A stretch of 63,363 nt of DNA, the filler included, from Choristocarpus tenellus KU-1152 (lineage: Eukaryota; Protista; Phaeophyceae), in NCBI GenBank assembly GCA_964200185.2. It is 9 parts of 9 records of this genome, joined end to end, with 100 filler letters (N's around TTAATTAATTAA, not from the genome) between each part and the next. Parts side by side here need not be neighbours in the genome. Positions count along the whole stretch, not along the records: positions 37,749 to 44,652 come from CAXNAD020007097.1; positions 44,753 to 51,261 come from CAXNAD020007981.1; positions 51,362 to 60,387 come from CAXNAD020004071.1; 6 more parts are not named here. One strand, 5' to 3'. Below are positions 41,877 through 53,189 of this stretch, piece by piece. Position 1 is the first letter of the stretch, and each line of letters starts with the position of its first letter. Under the pieces are notes generated by a model. That model was not told where the DNA came from, did no database searches, and saw only the letters and a list, made by a program, of their open reading frames with translations. A program made the translations under genes and the position numbers.

Positions 41877-43589
41877 TAGACAAATGACAGCAAAAAACAA
41901 AAACAAAAACAAAACGGAAAGGACGCACGCACACACACCACAATTACGCGCAATTGGAGAACAATAAATACAAAAAAGACAGACTAGGCACACATACATG
42001 CACAAGAGGAACAAATCAGCAGTCACGTCCTTCAAAATCATCTGAACCATGCGTTCGACTCATTCCGGACCGGTTCATTAAGCGCTTTACTGGGCAAGGT
42101 TCAGCGGAGCTCAGCGTGCACACGAGGAAGAGAAAGTGTGGCATAGACATGATAATGAGTATGTTTAGTTCGTACCCCCAGAAGGCATGGGTTGGAAATG
42201 TGCCCAATCCGTTGAACCATATGCCGTTAGCTGTAGCCCAGTAGTTAGCAGGAGCAGCACATGTTCTAGGGGTCCCCTATGATCAGTTTTTCGAGAAAAC
42301 GCACGCCAAATGAGCATATGGACTTCTGCACCAGCGGAAATGGTTGCCTTGACCGATTTTGGATAACCCAGGTTTGCTTCACAACAAGAAGCAGTACAAA
42401 CACAGGAAGTACAAGCGATACGTATCTCAAGCTTGAAGTAAGGGGTTATGTTGTATCTCCGCATCAGGAGGAGAGGCTCTCTACTTCACATCAAGCCTTC
42501 GTTTCCCTTGATATTTTATATTGGTCGTTGCAGCAGAGCAACTCCTTTTACAACCATGTTGAAAAAAAGGAGCAGTATCTTGGTATATTTGCTGCTTCCC
42601 TTGTGCAGCGTTTTATGCCGCACCTCGCGCCTTCCCCATCTCAAATTACCCTTCCGATTCCTCCGGACACCAAAACAAAACAAAAAAAGACGAGTACCGA
42701 AGGTTGTGCGCAAAGCACTTTTTTTTTGTAGTGTTTTTTGTAGTACAAACTCTGTCGGACCAAGACAGTATTGTCCTACACGCTCCTGATATGATGGTTC
42801 ATTATCGTGAAGGCTAGACAGACATCTATCTCTCTGCATGCGAAGGGGAGAGGATGTATCTCCACTGTCGAGGGTTGATGCGTGTGGATAGCATCTCTGA
42901 GGTGGAGGGGGGCTCGTAAATGATTGTTCGGGGCAGGGGCAGTCCAAAGGTAATGCTTCTGACAAGTGACAAGAATGGTTGGAACTTGTTGCGGTGTGTG
43001 TGAATTGGTGTGGCCGTACAGAGGGATGGTTGACCAATCAGCTCGTGAACGTACAAGTATCTAGGAAGTGGTTGTACATACACACATACACACGCAACAC
43101 CAGCTCTTCTTGTCGAGAAACTCTGGAATAGGATGAATGCAATTTCCAACTGCAAAGCCGTTTAGCCCTAACCCTCAAAGCGATGTGGGAGGAGGTTTAG
43201 GGTGTTCTCGTTGAGGAGTGAAAGCCTTAGCGAAGAGGGTAGGGTAACCTACTACTCTGACGTCAAGAAGGCCTTGGTATGCACCTGCTGTTCCTGTTTC
43301 AAGCTCGATTTTTCATCATGATATTATTTTTCACACTATGTTATGGAATGAGAGAGACACCGTCCCTATAAACGCTAACCCTGAGATGTATGTACTACTA
43401 CTGCCAATGTTTTTAATACAACCATAGAGGCAGACAGGTCGCGCAGCAGTCCCGAAATTTCCTTTTTTACCGATAACTTGGAAGTGGGCACTCGGTAGAA
43501 CAGTGTGACACAATGCATGTACCACCAAAACGGTGTGAGCAATTACTGATCACAGGTCCAATCAGTCTTTGGACCCCAAGGGATTTCCT

Positions 43590-44652
43590 CCCAGAACTAT
43601 CTGGATGACACGTCCATATCCGCAAGGGGGATCGACCCTAGCCACTATAGCTGCTTTTGAGGAGTTAAAAACTAACCTCCATGAGGTAGGCATTGACCTA
43701 AACATGGACAAGACCTTTGCCGCACCTCCCCAGGGCCACCAACCCATGCCCTCGGAACTGGAGCTTCTCTCTACAGTGGAAATCAACTTAGCCCCAAACC
43801 CCAATGGTTTTGTCACTCTAGGGGCTCCGGTGGGAACAGAGGGTTTTATTCAAGCTCACATGGCGGAGGTGATCGAGAGCTCTGGGACACGAGCTTTGGC
43901 CACACACCTCAGCGAGATGGGGGACAAGCAGGTGGCCTGGCTCCTCAACTCCTGGTCCCTCTCTTCCCGACTAGGCTACCTAGTGAGGGTCACTCCCCCC
44001 CTCCTGGCACGCTCCACCATGAAGCAAGGACATAACACCTCCTTATGGACACTAGAGAGGATAATGGAGGTAGCTGACCCGACAGAGGCGACGGACTTCT
44101 TCGAGGGAGGATGTAGCAATGTGTCTCTCCGCCTAGAAACCCACCAACAAGTACAGGCACAGATGCCTACAAGTGCGGGGGGTCTGGACCTTTCCTCTAT
44201 GAAACACCGCCAACATGCAGCTTTCGTAGGATCACTGGTAGCTACTCTCCCCACCCTCCTCGTGAGGCAGTAAGGGCCTCATGGCGAGTCCTTCTCGCAA
44301 GCTATCTCCACGAGCCCCACCAATCAGGTCTTAGAAGATCTATCACTCCCTCCTAGCCACAGGTGTCCCCCCAGAAGACCTTGCCGAAATCATTGGCCAA
44401 GACTGGGTAACCTGGGGGGAACAATATCCCCTGCACCTGCCCCAGAGGTACATATCCTATTTGCCCATGACGCCAGCATCACAAGGAGGGCTCAACACAA
44501 GATAACACACCTCCTCAACAAGATCCGTTATGACTCCTTCAGGACACAATTGGCCGGCCTCCCAAATGAGGCACACCAAGGGAGGGAAAGCTTCTCATTG
44601 GCCAAAGCACGCCACCGGAGCCAGTGTGGACAAGGGGTAAACGCGCTGGCCT
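43590..44652 (+). mobile_element. CRE-like non-LTR retrotransposon, end of RT plus thumb region, pseudogenised and cut by contig end
   Basis: YLDD at 43598-43609 (frameshifted from the 234-aa ORF), then LGAPVG..GF, Q.AWLL, RLGYLVRVTPP, QAQMP..AGGL, and finally ARHRSQCGQG. Confidence 0.8.
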
Positions 44653-44752
44653 NNNNNNNNNNNNNNNNNNNNNNNNNNNNNNNNNNNNNNNNNNNNTTAA
44701 TTAATTAANNNNNNNNNNNNNNNNNNNNNNNNNNNNNNNNNNNNNNNNNNNN
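44653..44752. other. Artificial contig spacer
   Basis: 44 N + TTAATTAATTAA + 44 N. Confidence 0.98.
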
Positions 44753-44893
44753 TACTACTACTACTACTACTACTAATACTACCATTACTACCACTACCAC
44801 TACCACTACTACTACTACTACTACTATTACTACCACTACTACCACTACTACTACTGCTACTACTACCACTATTACTACTACTACTACTACTAA
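44753..44893. repeat. (TAC)n microsatellite
   Basis: Imperfect TAC/CAC/TAT trinucleotide run. Confidence 0.95.
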
Positions 44894-45701
44894 TGATAAC
44901 AAAAACAATAATAATCATAACAAAAATAGTAAACAAATAATCATCATAATAACAGCAAAAAAAAAAAAAATGTTGGCTTTACATGCCTTAAAGGGTGAGG
45001 GCTCAAACAAACAAAATGGTTGTGTTTGTCAGGTACAAGGCATGTGACAGTGATAATTGGTTGGAATGTTGTAGGAACTGACTCCAAGATATCAACCTGC
45101 TGTCAGGGCTACGGTCAGGGTTACGCTACCATTAGTGGAAGTGAGAAAAACAATTTGGTGGGCTGGGAAGACACAGAAATGCAACAAGCATGACTCAAAA
45201 CAATGGTCACTCTGGTATGCACAAACCTCAACTGTGGAAACGAGATCGATTTGTGAGCAATTTGACCACACTATCACCCCTAACCCAGGCACCAACATGA
45301 CCCACTGCTGGAGGCTGTACTCACAGGCGGAATCAAGAACTTCCCAAGTGTCCCTTGACTGATGAACGAAAGTGGGACATGCTTGTGCTTGTAATTGTTT
45401 GTAATGCAAGAACGCCGTACAAGCCTCAATACAAAACTGTTCCAAGAACACACACTTTCACGCATCCACTATCAAACAAAGCTGTCGCTGTGCTATTTAC
45501 ATGGCATCCTGAAAAAAATATAAGGTTACATCTACTCATGTGGGCCATACATCAGGGCGCCGTTACCACCAAATAGTCACAAAACCACCTTCATGCCTTG
45601 ACCAGGTTTCCGAAAAACAATAATCTATTCTCAGCAGGGGGGGCGGGGGAGGTGCTGCATAATATATGGAAGCGGCAGAGACCTTGAAGGGTGACACTCA
45701 C

Positions 45702-47109
45702 AGGATGAAGGATCCCACCATTCCCTTCAAGAACGTGACAGCAGTCTTTGTGACTGAGTTGCCCTCGTGAATTTGTCCAGAAAAATGTCCCCTGTTTGCA
45801 GCATTCTTGAAGAGTATAGCAGAACAGGAAAGGGTGGTGGCAACTTAAGCATATATGTGTCATGTTACCCAGAGAATGGGAAGAGGGAGCAGGAGGAAGG
45901 AATACAAGGTGCACCAAAGGTAGGCAAGGTAGCCCTCATCCAAGCACCTCTCCTGAACTTCAATGTTTTTGCAATGTGCAACTGGTACCGACACTGTGTA
46001 CTGTGCACTGTGCACTGTGCACTGTGAGCAGTTTCATTGTAGCTGGAGGATCAGAGCATTGTCCAAGGTATTCCTGCTTTATACACTAGCGCGATTAAAA
46101 TAGCATGACCTTCCACAACACAATAACAGCAAGGGGTGGCAAGCAAACACAAACACAAACACACAAACACGTACACACACACAAGAACGCATGCAAACAA
46201 ACAAACAAACACACACAAACACATACATACACATACACACCCACAAATAATAATACAAACACAACTCTTCTCCCTCACCGACCTCAAGTGTTTCATAAAA
46301 CAATATGACGATAATTGTCCTCAGAAGCAAGTGAATTGTTCTCGGCTCAATCTCTTTCCATCAACTCAGACTCCACAGAAGTATCCCAAACATAATCCAC
46401 ACCAATAGCAATTACACCGCTGCCGACTGGACGTACAGCCCTTACCGCTGCATTTGTGCTCCAGTCCCCTGCCACCCTCACTTCCGTCAGCAGCATCGAT
46501 TCTGAACTGAGGGATACCTCCGAGAGAAGAGGCTTTTGGAGTCCTTGCAGAGTTTCCTCCCCTGTGCTTGTACTCACGTAAGCATTGACTCTGTCAGTCA
46601 TGACTGCTCCCTCGTTCTGGAAGTCGGCTTCGCCAGGCAAGGGGGTAACGATCTCCCACCCCCTCCACCGGTCCCCATGATCATCGTCAGCTAGGGAGTA
46701 TCCTCCACGTTCCATGTACTCCTGTGCAAAGGTCGTGTGGAATATAATAGACGGACATCATGACTGTTTTTGCTTTTGATTTAGCCGAGCAACATTGGCA
46801 GACAACATTTTTAAGGCACGACGATGTGGGCATTTGATAGTACCGCTGTGGCTACAGAGGTTTACGGGGCACAACCATATCTCGCAAATGCAGTCTAGCG
46901 CATCATCTAGGTAGAAGAGAGTCTCACATGCCACCGGGAAATTCGTAGACACATGGTGGCAAAAAGACAAGTAGGGTTTGTTGCCCCTCACCTTCACTCC
47001 ACCAACAAGCCCATCTACCAACAGTTCCAGGCGGCTTCGACGACGTTCAAAAATCTCATCTCCCAAATTAGGACTTGACTCCACGCGCCGACACCAATGC
47101 TCTCTATCA
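45702..47109 (-). CDS. Amino-acid transporter (Aa_trans family, AVT3/AVT4- or SLC36-like), N-terminal exons 47109-46992, 46721-46446, 45952-45915, 45791-45702
   Basis: Phase-consistent splicing gives ...TNAA|ERCLDEGYLAYLW|GHFSGQIHEGNSVTKTAVTFLKGMVGSFIL. This resembles the AVT3/4 'LYGHFAG' motif and first TM segment 'LLKxxVGxGxL'. Downstream TM exons not found in this contig. Confidence 0.6.
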
Positions 47110-48043
47110 CTGCGGTGAAGGTGATGGTCGCGCAGTCAGTACAATACATAGGTGTTGCTTGTACCTTGTCCCTCTATACCTCATCACTCTACCCAATTCC
47201 AGGTGAAGGATATAATGGTTAGTTTTTTTCGCACCGGGAGAACTCTTCCTCATGGACACCACCCCTTTGCCCACGACCTCTGTTCACAGTCTCTTCTCCA
47301 TTTCTCGATGGGATCGCTGGCACTGACTGCGTCCTTCTAGTTGGTGTCATCTCTCACACAGTTGGTTAGTTCAACTACTTCACCGTCTCTGGTATCCTTT
47401 TCTCCATCCAACTCACCCCTATGCGTCAATCGGTGCTTTCTTTCCAAAGGGAGAAATCTTTATACAGGAGGATCAAAATTGAAACCTGTGTGAAGCACTG
47501 AACTGATAATTGGGTACACATCCACACCAACTCGTTTTGGTTTGTTGATCCATGACGGTAGTAGTAGTATTTCTTACATTATACCGAACTTAGTAGAGTG
47601 ACAAAAATTGCCGACGTTGTGATGATGGGACGTAAAGGTTGATAATTCCCATGGACTGCCGACTAATCCACACTTATCCACTAATGAGGTTTTCCTTCTT
47701 CAAGGGTCTGGGTGTTGTTCCAAAAGGTCCCTGCGACAATGGTGCCAGTCAAACCCAATATTTGCTGTTGTCACTCCAGGCTCTTCCAACATATCTTTAA
47801 GGAAATCCTTCCCTCGTTCAACGACATAGGCCCTGTAAATGTCCCCCCTCGCAGGAGTCTAGTCTATCTTGTGGCATGCTCGCCGTCCCCTTGGCTCTCA
47901 TTGTGATTCTGACTTTGATCGTTGCCATCTCCAGCAGGAGTTCGAATATATCATGTACCTCGTCCTCGTCGACTGTGACCCTTTCAAAGTTGTCTCCTCC
48001 CCCTTATCTTGGATGACCACCCCTTAGTTTCAATGTTGTATAG

Positions 48044-48215
48044 GTGCTCGCGAACGAGAAACACAAGCTCAGACAAGAAATGAGAGAACTTATCACAGCA
48101 ACACAGCGATACCAAGGGGTGGTCAGCAGGTGCGAATACGCTGCACAGAAATTGGAGTGTGGTGCCGGTTTGACTTCCCAGAGCAAATTTGGCGAGGGTG
48201 GTAAGGGGCAACACG
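48044..48215 (+). CDS. Isolated coiled-coil-like coding exon
   Basis: TATAG|VLANEKHKLRQEMRELITATQRYQGVVSRCEYAAQKLE...|GTAAGT. Confidence 0.35.
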
Positions 48216-48445
48216 GTAAGTCAATAAGGTGAAACCTTATTTGAGGAGTTGAAATGTTGGAGATGTTGCTGACCGTGTGGGTAATGGTCAATCTAAAACC
48301 TACCACTCCACAGAAAAAGAGGGAACCGAGGAGACAAGAAAGGAGACAACAGTTCAGCAGTGAAACAACAGGAAATTGATGCGGCAGGCTTACAGAAATA
48401 CAGGCAGAAGCACATGCGCGGTTTTGGGGGGCATGAGAAACTACA

Positions 48446-48700
48446 ATGGGGGGATGGGTCCAGGCATACCATGTGAAAGGTAATACAGTTGTACTCACGG
48501 ATGAGATATCTAGGTGGAACAGAGATGCCATTGAATCTAACCTCGACATACCATGTCAGGAGCAACCGCTGGGGGAGAGAGCAGGGCATATTGTTTCGGG
48601 GGTCTTGGGATCGTGTTTTCCTGTGGATCCATTGGACAAGCTATTTGGGGAGCTTACTCAATCAGTTTGAAATGCTGGGCTAAATTTTGAACCATGATCG
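48446..48700 (+). mobile_element. Degenerate Gypsy-like integrase remnant
   Basis: VLTD, LNLTSTYHVRSN, ERAGHIVSGVL and W..YL across frameshifts resemble integrase 'STAYHPQSNG..ER'. Confidence 0.4.
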
Positions 48701-49178
48701 GGAAATTCCATGGATGGACAAAAAGGTGGGGGACAGAGAGAGTGGTTAATGATCTATGTATAACGTTGCATATTTGTTTGGGAAACAAATTCGGAACAAT
48801 TCGTGGAAAATAGAAGCTGTACATTAATTCCACAAGGCCTTTGCTAGATAGGAGCTACCAACTAGTCAATTTACTGTAAGGGAGGCATTGAAGGCAACTA
48901 CGCAGGCACATCAAAGAGATCAAAGATTGGTGGAGAAGATTACGGAGTTTAAAGGCCCCTGGCGTGGGAAATGCTGTTGAAAGAGGGGGGTAACAGTTGA
49001 GGGATTGAGAGGAGGGGGGTGAGTTTTGTAGTTGGGATTAGCTTTAACCTACCACCTCTCATGCTGCCCGGGGGAAATGTTTACAAATTGGAATGGCCCC
49101 AATTTTCTGTTTGACACATGCAGACGTTGTGTTTTTCAATAGTCCCACCCATTGCTCATTGGTCACCTCAGAAGCACA

Positions 49179-49605
49179 GACAGGGTGGAGGTTAGGTTCA
49201 GAGAATCGAAGGGAAACAAGAACTGTAAAGGGAGTAATCGCACGGATGCAGCAAGGATGAGGATAAGAGAAACAGAAAGGAGGGACACGGGAGGTGAGAG
49301 GGGAGGGAGGAGCAGTGAGGGTGCTGATTGAGCGAAAGGATATCAATGTGGGCCTTCCACCAGACAGTCCACTAGTGGCGCACAGACATGATGAGGGGGG
49401 AGTGAGATGATGGACGAGAGAGCAAGTCTGCAGAGCATATTGCGTGATGGTCAAGGCGCGAGGACTAGAGTCAGAAGAACATGCCCTACTATTTAGGGAG
49501 AGTGGTGGGGGGCAATACGGTTAGTGCTGGAAGGGGTGAGGAAGGTTAGCATGTAACAGGTGAAGCGGTGGAAATCAGATTGTTCTCAAGTGAATGTTAA
49601 ACATG
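49179..49605 (+). mobile_element. Tyrosine recombinase pseudogene of a DIRS/Ngaro-type retrotransposon
   Basis: DRVEVRFRESKG, WTREQVCRAY.VMVKARGLESEEHAL, (frameshift) GRV..GAIRL..EG...RWKSDC.QVNV. Corresponds to YR box II 'HSGRxGGAT...GRWKSD...Y'. Confidence 0.65.
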
Positions 49606-50700
49606 ACTTGGGCAAGGCAAAAAAGGTGTCAAGGACAGTAAGTAAGCGGGGAAAGATCAACCAAAGACAACCAGGTCAGAATACAAAGTGGGAAATGGAA
49701 AAGATGAACCTCGAAACTGGGACAAGGCCAGCAAACTTGCTACAGAAGAACTGATCCTTTAAAAGGGTCAGTTTATCCTCTCTAATCACAGTTGGTGGTG
49801 AGGTAGGTAGTTTTACAGCTTGATGGAAATTGTGGTTATTAGTGGTAGAAATTGGTGGGGTATTTCCTAGTAGTATTGCCCAATTCTTGTAGTGTAACAA
49901 GTCCCTAATGAAAATCTTGAATAGAGAAACCATACTATTGGGATACAAAATGCCCACTTACCCACTGATGAAGCTTTACTTCTACAAGGTTCATGGGTAC
50001 AAGGATGCTGTACGCCACCAGGAATTGTGTTGGCTGGAAAATTTGCAGGGGTCTGCACAGTTCCACCACGTCGTTTTCATGATCAATTCATGTGGTTCTT
50101 GTCCTGGTCTTTATTACTATGTATGTTGCAGCTGGATCTTGCTGCACAGGGCATCATTATATCTGTACAGTGCAGTCGTCTAAAGTTGATGTGATATACT
50201 GTATGTACCGTATTGTGCAATACTGAGAGACAAAAGATTGCTATGCTGTGTACTGCTAGTCTCGAGCAGCTTTGTGCCTTATTTTATTATATTTTTGCAT
50301 AACTTTAGACATGGCTTTTTGGGAAACCCGTCGGTCAAGTAGTGAAAAAAAATGCAAGTTTGCTCGATATGTTAGAGAGTTGCGTAGAACAGACTGGGGC
50401 TGGGGATGTGATGGAGGAAGGCGACGGCAGTACTCAAGATAGGCAAGGGTGAGGAACAAAAATATGTGGAGAACACAGGACTGCTTCGGGAATAAGCAGG
50501 TAGGTTTCAGTTTCAAAGGATGGCGAAGGTCGGACAGAGAGCAGAATAGGGGCACATGGGGATGGGGCTGAACAGGTGGTAGAGGAAGGCGACGAAGGTC
50601 AAATAGAGAGCGGGTTGCCCCCCCCGACCACGATGAGGAGGAGGCAGGAGAGCTGACGACAGGAGGTATCACTAGGATCTGACGACCAGCTTCCCCCACT

Positions 50701-51200
50701 GGTGACCCCAACCCATGTCCACCTCAGCAACCACGCCACCTCACACCAGAACACTGCGCGATCTGCTTCTCCCAGATACAGCTGCCAGTACTCCCCTTCA
50801 CCTGCCCACACCCCCTTGATTTGGGCTGTACTGCAGCCCTTTAACTCCATGCCTGCACCCTACACCCCATCCCGTGCCCCACCTGCCACACCCTAGCAAT
50901 TTCAGAACTCTACTACACTGCCATGGAGAGGAGTGTGACAAAAGTCGTGCTTGAATCCATCCGTACACAATCGTCCTCTACCCCTTTTGCCATCCCACCT
51001 TTTTGCTTACTGTCCATCCCACAGCCCCACCCCTCAGCCCCTTCCCCTTCATTCCCTCCTGGCCCAAGCTGCCTAGAGCCACTCCCCCTCGGATCATCGG
51101 GCCACCCCCCTTGGTGGTTGCTCGCTCCACCCCACCTGCATGGTCAGCCTCTGTGAAGACGCAAACCACCCATTCACATGCCCCCACTGCGGAACACACC
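50701..51200 (+). pseudogene. Disrupted ORF with two RING-finger-like domains
   Basis: CAICFSQIQLPVLPFTCPHPLDLGC...*...CPTC (50755-50886), then PSCLEPL...(frameshift) GCSLHPTCM...FTCPHC (about 51064-51190). Confidence 0.55.
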
Positions 51201-51261
51201 TGTCGACCCCCTCCCTATTGAACCACACCTACACCACCCCCCCCCCTCAAAAACCCCCCCC

Positions 51262-51361
51262 NNNNNNNNNNNNNNNNNNNNNNNNNNNNNNNNNNNNNNN
51301 NNNNNTTAATTAATTAANNNNNNNNNNNNNNNNNNNNNNNNNNNNNNNNNNNNNNNNNNNN
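51262..51361. other. Artificial contig spacer
   Basis: 44 N + TTAATTAATTAA + 44 N. Confidence 0.98.
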
Positions 51362-52085
51362 GGAAAAGAGCAAAACAACAGGGGGGGGGGGCTCTGCACC
51401 CTGGGAGTTGTTTAGATGTATGGTCCATCAAATTTTGTTTTCCCTTACGCACGAGCTTTCTTAAGTATGTTGTCACAAGTATATAACATCTTAGAATATG
51501 TTTTTGGTCCCTCTGGAGAATGTAAATACTGCCACTAAGAATGTTATTGTTCCTTTCTGATTCAATTCATTCCATACAGCACTGTGCCTCAAGGAATGTG
51601 TACCTATTTCCTAATTCAAATCGATTAAAAATAGCATGTACTTGAGGGAGTGTTGTGCGGTAGGATGGCACTGAAAAATATTGACTTTTGAAATTCAAAT
51701 TGAAATAAAACTACAACTACAAGACTGTCCAAGTGTTGTTTCTACAGTATCTTCAAGATATTTTTGGTCTGATATCACAGTGGTACCCTCCCTCGCCCCA
51801 CATAAAATTTTGAGGTACCCATTTTTGCAACATGTGAGTGCTGTAACTTTCTTGACACGAACCAATCCACCATATAAAACAGAAAAATACGTTCATACCC
51901 ACCAATATATGCCTACTCCTCTATTTCCAAGCTCCACTGTGTGCAACTCTTCATAATTTTGTGTCCTAAAATACATGCCTGTCCCCTATTAACAAACTCC
52001 ACCATGCGAAGCACTCACTGCCGCTTCTCTGCCACAGTACCATTGCTTAATTTTTTAATTCACTTCTTCTCCTCTTCAACAAAAG

Positions 52086-53152
52086 GTACTGTGGAGCATG
52101 CTATGCCCATGGCAGACCTTTCCCAGCCAGTTGCATTGGGATATGTAGCGTGCTGGGATGTTATTGTAGATGCGATTGAGTTGGTAGAGGCACTTAAGGA
52201 GGAGGCAGACTGGGCAGAACCAGAGGTACCATCCCACCACGATGAGGTGGGATCATTGCGGGATCTGGGTGAACTCCTTGCATACTTCTTCTCGAACGTG
52301 AGTGGGTACATATATATATATTATTATTTTTCCTTTTTGTTCGGTTGTGCCTGTACAGTGAAAAAAGAAAATCTAGTGCTTGCTTCCCTGCTCCTTTGCC
52401 TTTTGTGTTGTTTGCATTATCTTTTGTCTTTATTGTTAGGTCTATTTTTTATCTGTATTGTCTCTGTGCAACTCATTTCATGTGTGCGTGCTGAGTTTTG
52501 TTTGTTTTGGACGGGTGTATGTATGAGTGACTGACAAAAAATACTCTGTATGAAGCGCAACCGGTTGTATTAATATTGGGACTTCACAAGCGATTTTTGT
52601 GTGTTGAAAATGTGTAGTATAGTATAGTGAACCAATATATATTTTTGCAAACCTTGAAACGATTCGATATGCTTGATTGGATGTAAGTATGCACACTTGT
52701 GAACACTGAGTTCTGTGAGGAAGTTGAATAATTAAAGCAAATCATGCAGCGTTGGTACCAGACGGGCAAGAACATGTTTGACTGATTGAAAGGTTTTGAT
52801 TGCGGTTCGGACTGTTCTTTTGAGAGCATGCAACCACCACTATTATTATTTAACAAAATTGAAAGGAGTACATTTGCCTGTAATCTGGGGTTGTATTGCG
52901 ATTGATTGTTGTCTTGTTGTCTTTTTTTCTCAACATTTTGACAGAAACAACCCATTTTCCACTTTATAATATGTAAATGAAAGAAAACAAAATTATTCAG
53001 AAACTACACTTTTTTTTTTGTTGAGAAGTATGCACCTGTTTTGTATTTTGTAACAGTGTAGTACACCTTTTGTTTAAGAAATTGTGAATCATATCCTCCT
53101 CGTTGTGACTATGAACAGATTCCAACTGTTGCTCTTTTCTGGACTGGGATCC

Positions 53153-53189
<37 letters not shown>

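Noticed and set aside
44697-44936. Poly-Ser and poly-Val ORFs
   Set aside because: Translation of a (TAC)n microsatellite and the spacer.
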